Below are positions 45,549-55,351 of a stretch of DNA of 64,000 bases, piece by piece. Made by a program: the position numbers and the translations under genes. Origin of the DNA: Bacteroidales bacterium. GTDB taxonomy: Bacteria > Bacteroidota > Bacteroidia > Bacteroidales > GCA-2711565. Below the pieces are notes generated by a model. It had not been told where the DNA came from, searched no databases, and worked only from the letters and a program-made list of their open reading frames with translations. How positions within the stretch are numbered: position 1 is the stretch's first letter; each line of letters starts with the position of its first letter. Location of the stretch: contig JANQLW010000016.1 in assembly GCA_028280405.1 (NCBI GenBank), positions 11,119-75,118 of the forward strand, read 5' to 3'.

Positions 45549-46523
45549 ATGGATTTATCTGTTAATTATATGGGGATTGCCCTGAAAAATCCAATTTTGG
45601 TTGGTAGTTCTAAACTGACTGCTTCCTTTGAAAGCATCAAAAAATGCATCGAACATGGTGCAGGTGCCATTGTCCTGAAATCAATTTTTGAAGAGCAATT
45701 ACTTACAAATGTAGATAAGTTGCTGGAACAGGATGATAAGTATGTATATTATCCCCAGGCAATCGATTATATTAATACTTATGCAAAATACCAGGGTGTT
45801 AAAGAATATATAGATCTTATTAAAAAAGTAAGGTCTTATTCTGATGTTCCCTTAATAGCAAGTATAAATTGTGTGAGTGCTGATGAATGGCCTTCGTTTT
45901 CCAGACAGTTCGAACAAGCTGGTGTTAATGGTATTGAATTAAATATTGCCATTTCCCCTTTTGATACAGAATATGATAGTGCTCAGATTGAGCAAATTTA
46001 TGTAGACATTGTTAGGGAAGTGAAAAAACATACTTCTGTTCCGGTAGCCGTAAAAATCGGTAATTACTTTACGAATGTCGGCCATATTACAAAAAGGTTG
46101 GTAGAGGCAGGAGCTGATGCGTTGGTTTTATTTAATCGTTTTTACAGACCGGATATTAATATTGACCGGGCAGAGATTATTAATGATAATTTTCTAAGCG
46201 GCCCTCAGGAAATTTCTCAATCATTAAGATGGGTCGCTTTATTGTCTAATAAACTGAATTGCAGTATAGCAGCCAGTACCGGAATACATGATTACGTTGG
46301 AGTCGTTAAGCAAATCATGGCTGGTGCAGATACTGTTCAATTGTGCTCTGCTTTGTATAATAAAGGAACCGGTTATATGGACACCTTACTGTTGGATTTG
46401 AAAAAATGGATGCATAAGAACAACTATAAATCTATAGATGATTTTAAGTCTAAGGTGTCTGCCAATGATGAATATTCCGAAGCTTTTAAAAGAATTCAAT
46501 ATATGAAGCGTAGCATTGAGTAG
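45549..46523 (+). CDS. Dihydroorotate dehydrogenase-like FMN TIM-barrel protein
   Basis: 324 aa. N-terminal MGIALKNPILVGSS and the fold pattern resemble class-1 DHOD/PreA. The region equivalent to the catalytic LNxSCPN reads ELNIAISPF, so it is non-canonical. Confidence 0.8.
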   Translation: MDLSVNYMGIALKNPILVGSSKLTASFESIKKCIEHGAGAIVLKSIFEEQLLTNVDKLLEQDDKYVYYPQAIDYINTYAKYQGVKEYIDLIKKVRSYSDVPLIASINCVSADEWPSFSRQFEQAGVNGIELNIAISPFDTEYDSAQIEQIYVDIVREVKKHTSVPVAVKIGNYFTNVGHITKRLVEAGADALVLFNRFYRPDINIDRAEIINDNFLSGPQEISQSLRWVALLSNKLNCSIAASTGIHDYVGVVKQIMAGADTVQLCSALYNKGTGYMDTLLLDLKKWMHKNNYKSIDDFKSKVSANDEYSEAFKRIQYMKRSIE

Positions 46524-46692
46524 AAATAGATCTTATAAAAACCGGATAATGTTAAATAAGGGTTAATTCTTGCCAAAAAGTTTTAGCCCTTTTCTATTTT
46601 TAGATTCAGGAATGATTTTTGTATTTATTTTGTTGACGCAGAGTAAATTTGTGAGTAATTTTATATCAGGCTATTAATTAAAATCAAGGAAA

Positions 46693-47100
46693 ATGAAAAA
46701 GTATTTGATGGTTATCGGAATAATTGCTTTATTAGGAGCATGCGTTTCTACTAAAGATATGGTTAAACATGATCAGTCTGCTGAAACAAAAGATAGTACA
46801 AAATATGAACTTGTAACTTTTGACTTTGGCTTTGATTCTTGGTTTGCAATGTATGAGCATAATGGAGATGTTAAAAGCCTAGATTATTATAAAAGCTGGA
46901 ATAGTCGCTATGTTACTGAATGGAACCACAGAGCTACCTCTTATTATACTAGCCGTTTTTTTAATTCTACTCTAAATTTTGATCCTTATGATATTGAGGA
47001 TTTGAAAACACAAAGAAAATTGTTTTATTATTTTCAATATGTGGAGAATAAATTGAGAATTCCTATTATTCAAGGGGGCGGACCAAGATTGTTTTATTAA
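46693..47100 (+). CDS. Hypothetical lipoprotein (135 aa)
   Basis: Signal peptide plus lipobox (LLGAC). No recognisable catalytic motif. Confidence 0.55.
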   Translation: MKKYLMVIGIIALLGACVSTKDMVKHDQSAETKDSTKYELVTFDFGFDSWFAMYEHNGDVKSLDYYKSWNSRYVTEWNHRATSYYTSRFFNSTLNFDPYDIEDLKTQRKLFYYFQYVENKLRIPIIQGGGPRLFY

Positions 47101-47147
47101 AATAAAAAGCCGGATGTTAAATCCGGTCTTTTTATCTTTTACATTAT

Positions 47148-47672
47148 TTATTCCTTATTTAAGGTGATCATTATAATAAGGTCACATTTTTCATCAGTAT
47201 ATTTCTTAATTTCTTCTTTATTCCAGATTCTGTTGATTGATTTTATTCGTGCAGTATCAATTGCTTTTAACTCTTTTTGAGTCACTTTTTTCCCATCAAC
47301 AAATATAAATACTGTTTTAGGCTTTTTCTTAGCTTCATTATAAGCTTTATGGGTAACTATTTTAATCGTTCCACCCTGTGCTTGTTTTCCATATGTTTGT
47401 ATGGCTTCTACAAAATCCATTACCCTGATTTCCCTGATATCTTCTTTAGAAATTTGCAATGGGGTTTCCTTTAATTCAATATTGGACCGGTATAAATTCC
47501 CATCCAGAATAATTAGTGGGTTATATGTATTAATCTCAGCATTATCATTCAGTTCCCGAATATAATTTACCAGAAAATGTTTGTCTTCACCTTTATTTAA
47601 AAGATGGTATCGCTGTGTTGTACAGGAAGAAAAAATAAAAACTACCAAAGCTAAACGAATTAAATACTTCAT
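47148..47672 (-). CDS. Hypothetical lipoprotein (174 aa)
   Basis: Signal peptide plus lipobox (IFSSC). It lies downstream of the TonB-dependent receptor after a 221-nt gap. Confidence 0.5.
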   Translation of the reverse strand: MKYLIRLALVVFIFSSCTTQRYHLLNKGEDKHFLVNYIRELNDNAEINTYNPLIILDGNLYRSNIELKETPLQISKEDIREIRVMDFVEAIQTYGKQAQGGTIKIVTHKAYNEAKKKPKTVFIFVDGKKVTQKELKAIDTARIKSINRIWNKEEIKKYTDEKCDLIIMITLNKE

Positions 47673-47893
47673 GTTATTCTTGTTTATTTAAACATAAAAC
47701 AGACTATAGCTCTAAAGCAATGTAATGCATGTATAAGTAATAAAAAGATTAATAAATTGATTGTCCAATCGCCCTAGTGCCTTCTGCATGAAATGCAAAT
47801 ACGTTACTAAGTTAATACATTTTAAATAAAATGTTTATTATTTAGAATACATTTTTATATTTATATTTGTATATGTGTTGAATATTTTGAATA

Positions 47894-50119
47894 TTAAAAT
47901 TTGAAAGATACTTTAGCTCTTAGTGAAAAAGGAATGCCAGGAATGAAATGAATTTCTTCAACAGGAATTGTTTCATTCATTAGTTTGCTTTCTGTAGCAA
48001 ATTGAGTTTCATTCCATTCTGTATCGAATAGATTCTCAACCATAATTTCAAAAGTCCAATGTTTATAACTATAGCTTAAATTGAAATCTGTGATGAAATA
48101 ACCTTTGGCAATGATGCTGTTGTTTTCATTTGCCGGGCGATCACTAATATATCTATATTTTATACTTCCGGCAAAACCTGAGTTGTGTTTAAAGTTTAAT
48201 CCTCCTGCAGAAGTAAATTCAGGGGCTAAAGGTATAAAGTCTTCCCCCTTTTTTTCTTCAATGGATCTGGCGTAAGCATAATTGATATCAAAATTAAAAT
48301 ATAACCAGTCGAGTATCTGATAGTTGAGCCCCATATCCAGCCCATACCTTTTTGTTTTACCACTTGGCTCTACAATGCCTTCATCACCTACATATACAAA
48401 TTCCTGTTGTAAATATAAATACCATAAAGAAGTGTTCAGTAAGAGTTTTGGATACGGCTTCCAAATAAATCCTATATCGGCACCATAGGCTGCAGGAATC
48501 GCATTTTTTACCTTATTGCTAAGCAGAAGCCTGCTATCGTTGGAGTGAAATCCTTTACCTGTTTTCAGAAAAACCTGGAAATTATTGCTTGCGCTATACA
48601 CAATGTTAAATTTAGGGCTTATAGCAGTTTCTTTTTTTACTTGTGATAAATACTCAGAAGAAAGCTGATCATAATAATCAAAAATAAAATGATCTAATCT
48701 TACGGATGGATTTAAAAGCCATTTTCCACATTTGATACTACTACTAAAATATGAATAGATATTGGTTTCATTAATGTTTCCAAATTGAATTGGGTTTAAA
48801 ACTTTTTTCCGATTTAAAGTATGAGATAATTCTACATCATTTATAATATCATATCTGAACCCTAATCCTGCCTGATTTGTTATTTCTGTCTTGCCAATTT
48901 TACTGATGCTTTTTAATTCGTTGTTCAGCCCAATGATGTGTCTATCTTCTTTTTGTTTTATTTGATCTCCATATACCGGATCGTTTAAATAAAAAGTAAA
49001 ATTGGAATATAGTTCAAAATCATATTTTGAGTAAAAAGCATTTGTCTTTAAATAAAGATCTTGGCTGATAGGCTTAAAATAATTAAAGGCAATATTTGTT
49101 CTGGATGTATTTCCTCCTTCGGTATCGTCAACTGCTCCAAAGCGTCCTATTACTCCTGAATCTACTAATCTTTGAGGAATTTGCCCTGAAGCATCCCATT
49201 TACTTTTTAAATATGAAGCCTGAAAAGATAACTTTGAATGATCTTTAAACCAGAAACTATATTTACTCATTAAGTTAACCCGGTTCAGGTTTTGAGGAGA
49301 GTCAAAAGGGCCGTCAGTTAGTAATAGTTCTGATGCAAGATAGGCCGAATTCCGTTTGTTGTTCTCCAGTAAATTAAGTAATACAGTTGTTCTGATTGTA
49401 TTAAATGAACCTAATTCCATTCCGAGTATATTGTATTCAATTCTGTCTTTAGTCTGGAAATCGACATAACCTGCAGTAGTAAAATTCCCTTTGCTTCCAT
49501 AATAGGGGCCTTTCCCGAAGTCTATATTTTTTATCGTCTCCGGAATTACAAAATGCAAATCGGCATAGCCTTGTCCGTGAGCATGGGAAACCATATTTAC
49601 AGGCATACCATCTACTGTAATATTAATATCTGTACCATGATCCAGGTCAAAGCCCCTTAAAAATAACTGTTCAGCTTTGCCGCCTCCGGCATGTTGGCCA
49701 ATTATTAGTCCCGGGACAATTCTTAATATTTCCTGAGAAGAATTTACCGGATTGGTTTGTAATTCAATTTGAGTGATGATATTCAATGTGTTTAAATGGT
49801 TTGAAATTGTGATTTCAGATAAATTGAGAGGTTCTTCTTCCAATATAATTTCTAATGTATTCTTTAAATGCTCTTCTTTTATAAGGATGAGTTTTTCTTT
49901 ATACTGAAGATGACTTATCTTAATGGTGTCCCCAATACCCACATCACTCATGTTGAAATACCCATTACTGTTAGAATGAGTATGAGATGCTCTGTTGATG
50001 TTAAGGATGTAAGCGTCCTCTATTTTAAGATTTTTTTTGTTGGAAATGTAACCTTCTATATGATATGCATATCCCAATACCGAAGGCAATAGCATTGCTA
50101 TTACAATAAATTTTTTCAT
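47894..50119 (-). CDS. TonB-dependent receptor (last gene of the NikR-headed cluster)
   Basis: 741 aa with a signal peptide, a CarboxypepD_reg-like N-terminus, a plug and a barrel ending in ...KVSFKF. Confidence 0.9.
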   Translation of the reverse strand: MKKFIVIAMLLPSVLGYAYHIEGYISNKKNLKIEDAYILNINRASHTHSNSNGYFNMSDVGIGDTIKISHLQYKEKLILIKEEHLKNTLEIILEEEPLNLSEITISNHLNTLNIITQIELQTNPVNSSQEILRIVPGLIIGQHAGGGKAEQLFLRGFDLDHGTDINITVDGMPVNMVSHAHGQGYADLHFVIPETIKNIDFGKGPYYGSKGNFTTAGYVDFQTKDRIEYNILGMELGSFNTIRTTVLLNLLENNKRNSAYLASELLLTDGPFDSPQNLNRVNLMSKYSFWFKDHSKLSFQASYLKSKWDASGQIPQRLVDSGVIGRFGAVDDTEGGNTSRTNIAFNYFKPISQDLYLKTNAFYSKYDFELYSNFTFYLNDPVYGDQIKQKEDRHIIGLNNELKSISKIGKTEITNQAGLGFRYDIINDVELSHTLNRKKVLNPIQFGNINETNIYSYFSSSIKCGKWLLNPSVRLDHFIFDYYDQLSSEYLSQVKKETAISPKFNIVYSASNNFQVFLKTGKGFHSNDSRLLLSNKVKNAIPAAYGADIGFIWKPYPKLLLNTSLWYLYLQQEFVYVGDEGIVEPSGKTKRYGLDMGLNYQILDWLYFNFDINYAYARSIEEKKGEDFIPLAPEFTSAGGLNFKHNSGFAGSIKYRYISDRPANENNSIIAKGYFITDFNLSYSYKHWTFEIMVENLFDTEWNETQFATESKLMNETIPVEEIHFIPGIPFSLRAKVSFKF

Positions 50120-50151
50120 TGTTTTAAATTATTTTTATAAAGATTGGTATT

Positions 50152-50174
50152 AACTGATTACTTTCTAATCAGTT
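50152..50174 (-). other. Intercistronic hairpin between the His-rich permease and the TonB receptor
   Basis: AACTGATTA-CTTTC-TAATCAGTT is a perfect 9-bp stem. It could be an attenuator or a processing or stability element. Confidence 0.4.
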
Positions 50175-50190
50175 GTTATTAGTGATAATT

Positions 50191-50889
50191 CTATAATCCT
50201 AAAAATACAATTGCCATTCCACTCATAAATATAGTTCCACCGGCAATTGCATGCGTATATTTTTCAAGCTTTCCAAAAGGAAGCAAATGAATACCAAAGG
50301 ATGCAAGCAATACTATAGTTAGCATTGTTGCTATTGTGATAATGGCAAATACGGAAGTTACAGCTACCATACCCCAGATGCTTAATTCAGCTGCCGGATA
50401 CATTAAGATTGGAATTAAAGGCTCGCATGGCCCCAATACAAATATTGTAAATAGGATCCAGGGGGTAAGGTTTGGTTTATGTGTATGATCATGTTCATCC
50501 CTATGGGTGTGTTCATGAACATGGATACTTCCATCTGCATGCATATGCCGGTGTTTATGTGGCTTATTCTTTATGGCTCTGTAAATTCCCCATACCATAT
50601 ATATAAACCCAAATATGATAAATGACCATGCTGCTAGGTCACCCCGGGTCCCTTCAAAAATTTTAAGCTTGTTGACACCTATCCCAAATGCCACGCCAAT
50701 GACCCCTAAAATAATTGAGCTGCCAACATGGCCCACTCCACAGGCAATGGTAAGCCATATTGTTTTCCACATTGACCATTTTCTGGCTTTTGACATCACG
50801 ATGAATGGCAAATAATGATCCGGGCCAAATAGGGTATGGGTAAATGCAATGATTGCTGCTGTACCCATTAAAACTGTTATTCCTTCCAC
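50191..50889 (-). CDS. His-rich-loop membrane protein, putative Ni/Co permease (UreH/NiCoT-like)
   Basis: 232 aa with about 6 TM helices. HTLFGPDH in TM1 resembles the NiCoT/UreH H-x(4-5)-DH signature. The central loop reads HKHRHMHADGSIHVHEHTHRDEHDHTH. Confidence 0.7.
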   Translation of the reverse strand: MEGITVLMGTAAIIAFTHTLFGPDHYLPFIVMSKARKWSMWKTIWLTIACGVGHVGSSIILGVIGVAFGIGVNKLKIFEGTRGDLAAWSFIIFGFIYMVWGIYRAIKNKPHKHRHMHADGSIHVHEHTHRDEHDHTHKPNLTPWILFTIFVLGPCEPLIPILMYPAAELSIWGMVAVTSVFAIITIATMLTIVLLASFGIHLLPFGKLEKYTHAIAGGTIFMSGMAIVFLGL

Positions 50890-50894
50890 GATTA

Positions 50895-51989
50895 TTAGTT
50901 TTTAGTTATTAGTTGATGAATTCCATCCCCATCCAATTGATTATATTTTTTGCCACTGCAAGAAAAGCATGTGCTATCTGTTATGCGGGTCGACATTGTG
51001 CCTTCTCCACATGATTTGCAAACAATACTTTCATGTGATGGAGCATAACCGGGTATTTCTACATCAATTTCTTCTATCTTAAAAAGTTTATCAAAATCTA
51101 ATGCCAAGGTTGCAAAAGCCCTGATTTTTCCGCTCTCCTTGAATTTGATAATTTCTTCTTTTGAATGATCTTGTTCTTTTACTACTTTCTGAAAACTTTC
51201 ACTGAATGCAGGATGAGCAGAACGCATAAATTTTTTTGCATCTGCTCTTGTCGAAATACGGATTCCATTTCCATCCCTACGAGTCAATGTAAAAGCTGTT
51301 TTGCCAATGTCTCTGAAAATAAGTGCGTTATTTCCAAAGGTGCACCCGGTAATAAATTGGATACCATCACTGAAACAATTATTGGTTTCCGTAATTGCTA
51401 AAAGATCTTCCAATCCATCACTATTATCCCGGATAATTTTCATTGCTTTTACAGCAGCCATTACACCCAGTGTAATTCCCGGACAATAATGGCCATGAAT
51501 GGAAGCTGCTTTTATTAATAATGTTTCCAGATCATCTCTAAGTATATCATTGATGATCTCTCTTCTCGGGTTATTTTTTAGTTCTTCTAAACGAATATGA
51601 TCCAGCTTGTTTTCAACCATTGAAAAATCAACAGGCTTAATATCCAGAACAGGAGTATTATTTAAAGCATCCAAACCAATTACTGTTAATATATTCCCTT
51701 TTACCTCAAGTAATTTCACAGTTGTAATACCAATTGAACTGGGACGATCAGGTTTTCTGGTTGAAAATACACCTTTATAGTTTCCTCTAAGGGTTGTAGC
51801 TTTTAATTCATAAGAATCAGATTGATTGAATTCAAATACAATATCAATAAATTCGTATTCTTCTATACGATACAAGCCTTCTAGAAATTCATCTTTTATG
51901 ATAATCTGACTTTTATGTTTTTTTATCTCAAAAGGATTTTTCTCTGAGTCAAAATTATTTTTAACGGTTCCTATTTCTGTAATTCTCAT
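50895..51989 (-). CDS. Fusion protein: TsaA/YaeB (TrmO-like) N-terminal domain + FmdE-like domain + C-terminal zinc ribbon
   Basis: 364 aa. The N-terminal part, ...VFSTRKPDRPSSIGITTVKLLEVKGNILTVIGLDALNNTPVLDIKP, is the TsaA fold signature. The central IHGHYCPGITLGV is the FmdE signature. The C-terminus carries CKSCGEG...CFSCSGK. Confidence 0.75.
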   Translation of the reverse strand: MRITEIGTVKNNFDSEKNPFEIKKHKSQIIIKDEFLEGLYRIEEYEFIDIVFEFNQSDSYELKATTLRGNYKGVFSTRKPDRPSSIGITTVKLLEVKGNILTVIGLDALNNTPVLDIKPVDFSMVENKLDHIRLEELKNNPRREIINDILRDDLETLLIKAASIHGHYCPGITLGVMAAVKAMKIIRDNSDGLEDLLAITETNNCFSDGIQFITGCTFGNNALIFRDIGKTAFTLTRRDGNGIRISTRADAKKFMRSAHPAFSESFQKVVKEQDHSKEEIIKFKESGKIRAFATLALDFDKLFKIEEIDVEIPGYAPSHESIVCKSCGEGTMSTRITDSTCFSCSGKKYNQLDGDGIHQLITKN

Positions 51990-51990
51990 C

Positions 51991-52752
51991 TTAGTTTGTT
52001 TTGGGTATTATAAAATGATCTCCATTATTATGTATGACATTTACTTTCACGTCGTAAAGGTTTTCAATCGTATGATTTGAAATAATTTCTTTCCCTCCGC
52101 AGGCGAATAATTCTCCTGATTTTAGTAATATGAAATGGTCGCTGAATTGTAAAGCCAGGTTTAAATCATGTATCGCTACTATAACTGTGATCCCTTGTGA
52201 GGATAAGTCTTTTAGAAGCTTCAGAACTTCAAGTTGATGCTTGAGGTCAAGGTTGGCTGTAGGTTCGTCAAGTAATAAAATCTCAGGTTGTTGAGCCAGG
52301 GCCCTGGCAATAAAAACTCGTTGTCGTTGTCCACCACTTAGTTTATTTATACTCTTCTGAGATATGCCCTCCAAATCAAGTTTTTCAAGGGTAGCAGCAG
52401 TAATCTTCAGGTCATCGTTTTTGGGAGACCATTGTATATGTGGCTTTCTTCCCAGTAAGACCGTGTCAAAAACGGAAGCTGGAAAAGTCCCTCCTTCGCT
52501 TTGCGGAACATAAGCGATCTTTTTTGCCAGTTCATTTGCTTTGAATTTGGATATCTCAACAGCATCAATAAGTATCCTGCCTTTTTGAACTTTTAAAATA
52601 CGGTCAATACATTTGAGCAGTGTGCTCTTTCCAGAACCGTTGGGACCAACAATACTTATCAGTTTCCCTTTTTCAAACTGGTGTGAGATATTTTTCAACA
52701 CTAAATTCCCATTATACCCAAAATCCAGGTTTTGCAGCTCTATTTTAACCAT
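51991..52752 (-). CDS. ABC transporter ATP-binding protein (FecE/FepC/BtuD class)
   Basis: 253 aa with Walker A GPNGSGKST, signature LSGGQRQR and Walker B ILLLDEP. Confidence 0.95.
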   Translation of the reverse strand: MVKIELQNLDFGYNGNLVLKNISHQFEKGKLISIVGPNGSGKSTLLKCIDRILKVQKGRILIDAVEISKFKANELAKKIAYVPQSEGGTFPASVFDTVLLGRKPHIQWSPKNDDLKITAATLEKLDLEGISQKSINKLSGGQRQRVFIARALAQQPEILLLDEPTANLDLKHQLEVLKLLKDLSSQGITVIVAIHDLNLALQFSDHFILLKSGELFACGGKEIISNHTIENLYDVKVNVIHNNGDHFIIPKTN

Positions 52753-53813
52753 AGGTTCTTCCCCCTTCCTTTGATTAATAATATGATGAATATGGGTGCC
52801 CCGATAAATGAGGTTAAAATACCAACAGGTAATACCATTGGTGCGATGATACTCCTGGCAATTAAGTCGGAACTTAGCAAAAATACTCCACCAAATAATG
52901 CTGTTGCAGGGATTAAAAATCGTTCGTCGCTTCCAATCATTCTTCTGACTAAATGTGGAACAACCAGGCCTACGAAAGCAATAATGCCAAAAAAAGATAC
53001 GGCAACGGCAGTTGTCAATGATGCTATTAGCATGACCCTGATCCTGGTTTTTTCAACGTTTACCCCCAAACTATTCGCTGTTTCATCTCCGGTATTTAAA
53101 GATTGAATATTCCATCGATTCCAGATGAAATAAAGTAGAGCAGGAATTATAATTGCAAGCAGAATATAAAATTCATTCCAGGAAGCTCTCCCCAGGTCTC
53201 CGAAAGTCCAGAAGACAATAGATGCAAGCTGGACATCTTCGGCAAAAAATTCAAGTGCCGTTGTGCCGGCTATAAATAGTGAACCCATGATAATTCCTGT
53301 AAGTATCATCGTCTCTGGTGAAGCATCTTTAAACCTGGCCATAAAAAGAATCACAAAAGTGCTGGCCAGGCTCCAGAAAAAAGCAGAAATGGTTATTAGG
53401 TATGGATTATCAATTAAAACAGCATCGAATACACTGCTTTGCGTTGAACCTGCCCCTAATACAATAACCGCAAAAGCTGCTCCAAATGCAGATGCATTTG
53501 AAATTCCCAACGTAAAAGGAGACCCTAAAGGGTTTCTTAATATACTTTGCATAACAGCTCCCGATACACTTAAAGCCATTCCGGCTAAAACGGCTGATAA
53601 AACTCTCGGTAAACGGATATTTAAAACAATCTGTCTTTTGCTGGATTCCGAACCAGAAAAAATACTATTAAAAATATCGGTAAAACTAATTTGGGAAGAA
53701 CCAAAAGTAATTCCCAGCGTTATCAGTAGTAGAAGCATAATCAAACTCCCAATCACAAAAGCCCGTTTTCGGGTAGTAATTTTTTTATATTCTTTGATTA
53801 CACTTTTATTCAT
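52740..53813 (-). CDS. FecCD-family ABC permease
   Basis: 357 aa with about 9-10 TM helices and the FecCD pattern (GSPFTLG.., ..GIIAFVGLVVPHLVR..). Confidence 0.9.
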   Translation of the reverse strand: MNKSVIKEYKKITTRKRAFVIGSLIMLLLLITLGITFGSSQISFTDIFNSIFSGSESSKRQIVLNIRLPRVLSAVLAGMALSVSGAVMQSILRNPLGSPFTLGISNASAFGAAFAVIVLGAGSTQSSVFDAVLIDNPYLITISAFFWSLASTFVILFMARFKDASPETMILTGIIMGSLFIAGTTALEFFAEDVQLASIVFWTFGDLGRASWNEFYILLAIIIPALLYFIWNRWNIQSLNTGDETANSLGVNVEKTRIRVMLIASLTTAVAVSFFGIIAFVGLVVPHLVRRMIGSDERFLIPATALFGGVFLLSSDLIARSIIAPMVLPVGILTSFIGAPIFIILLIKGRGKNLWLK

Positions 53814-54933
53814 AATTTAATTTTCCATAGCCCATTCCATACAAATTCACCATCTCATCATAAATAGCCTTGTTCAAAAATTGTTGATAAACCTGATTTG
53901 CTGTTTCCTTTATATTAAAATCCGGGAATTGTTCAGGCTTGAGAATGCTGGCGATATAATATGTATTGATTAAAATATGTTCATAATTAATCGTGTTCCA
54001 AATATGTGGTAAGAGCGTATAAACCTCTCCTTTTTTTATAGCCGGAATAAGTTTACCAAAAGTCGAATTTTTATCCAGGTCTTTCTTTGATAGCTTATAT
54101 CCGGAAATATCGATAAAAATTTTATCTGGGTTCCACTTAATAATTTCTTCTTTGTCAATAAGAACTGTTGTAAGTTTTGAAAAACCGGACTTGGAGTTTT
54201 GGATGAGTTCTTCTGCAGGATTGATACAATTTGTATACCTGAAAGGAGCATATTTAGGTTCGGTTGAATTTATCCCATGTGCCCCTCTATATGCAATACC
54301 TCCTATATAAACCCTTTCTTTATTGAATGATTGGCTGCATTTCAATTTGATCTCTTCCAGATTTGTCTCCATAAATGTTATCAGGCTATCGGCTCGTTTT
54401 TCCTTATTGATCAACTTTCCTAGTAGTTTAAGAGATGCATAGAATTCTTTTTTATGATCGTTAAAGTCTCCGTAGTTGAGACAAACTACCGGAATTCCTG
54501 TCTTCTTTTGCAACTCATCTGCTTCTGAACTTGAGAAATATGTGCAAAAAATAATATCCGGTTGAAGGGCTGTGATTAACTCTGGATCAGCACTATTGCC
54601 GGAACCGATCAGAGGCAATTTTCTTAATTCCGGGTAAGCATATAAATAAGGTACACTTCTTCTTCTTTCATTTGCTTCAATACCAATGACTTTTTGAGTG
54701 GCATTCAGATAACATATCATTCGCAAAGCTCCGGATCGATGGGCAATAATTTTATTGATCTGTTTTGGAATATGAACCAGTCTTCCGTTCATGTCCTTTA
54801 TTTCAACCATTTCGGCTCTGGTTTTGTTTTGCTTTGTTTGAGTACAAGAAGGAAAAATAATTAGGAAAATAATACCCCCCAAACTTATACTTGCCCAAAA
54901 TGGTGTTAATATTTTTATAAAGGTGTTACTCAC
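53806..54933 (-). CDS. Periplasmic substrate-binding protein (FepB/BtuF/CeuE class) of the ABC importer
   Basis: 375 aa with an N-terminal anchor plus Cys (IIFPSC). Its gene overlaps the permease gene by 8 nt. Class assignment rests on operon position and general resemblance. Confidence 0.75.
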   Translation of the reverse strand: MSNTFIKILTPFWASISLGGIIFLIIFPSCTQTKQNKTRAEMVEIKDMNGRLVHIPKQINKIIAHRSGALRMICYLNATQKVIGIEANERRRSVPYLYAYPELRKLPLIGSGNSADPELITALQPDIIFCTYFSSSEADELQKKTGIPVVCLNYGDFNDHKKEFYASLKLLGKLINKEKRADSLITFMETNLEEIKLKCSQSFNKERVYIGGIAYRGAHGINSTEPKYAPFRYTNCINPAEELIQNSKSGFSKLTTVLIDKEEIIKWNPDKIFIDISGYKLSKKDLDKNSTFGKLIPAIKKGEVYTLLPHIWNTINYEHILINTYYIASILKPEQFPDFNIKETANQVYQQFLNKAIYDEMVNLYGMGYGKLNYE

Positions 54934-54946
54934 TGTGTAAAAATTT

Positions 54947-55348
54947 TTATTTAGCAGTACTCATAACCAATTGTCCGTGTTTAATCCCTTTTATAGCAAT
55001 CAATTTGTTTGATAATTCAATAAGTTCACTTGCCTTTCCTTTTACTGCAATTGTTTCCAGACAGTTATCGTGGTTTAAATGTACATGCTGCACGGATAAA
55101 ATTAAATGATGATAATCATGCTGTAATTCAGTAGAGCGTGTTTGTAATCCACGTTTATGATGGTCATAAACTAAAACAATTGCTCCTGCAACTTCCTCAT
55201 TTCCTTCCCATTCATCTTCAACCAGATTCTTTTTTATAAGATACCTGATGGCTTGTGAACGGTTTGGAAAATTTTGAGTTTCCACTAACTTGTCCAGATT
55301 CTTAAGCAAATCTTCTTCTAAAGAAACTCCAAATCTTTTTACTTGCAT
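54947..55348 (-). CDS. nikR: Nickel-responsive regulator NikR
   Basis: 133 aa. It has a ribbon-helix-helix N-terminus ([17 protein letters not shown]...[10 protein letters not shown]) and C-terminal Ni ligands (YDHHKR...QHDYHH...[11 protein letters not shown]) collinear with E. coli NikR. Confidence 0.9.
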   Translation of the reverse strand: MQVKRFGVSLEEDLLKNLDKLVETQNFPNRSQAIRYLIKKNLVEDEWEGNEEVAGAIVLVYDHHKRGLQTRSTELQHDYHHLILSVQHVHLNHDNCLETIAVKGKASELIELSNKLIAIKGIKHGQLVMSTAK

Positions 55349-55351
55349 CTC

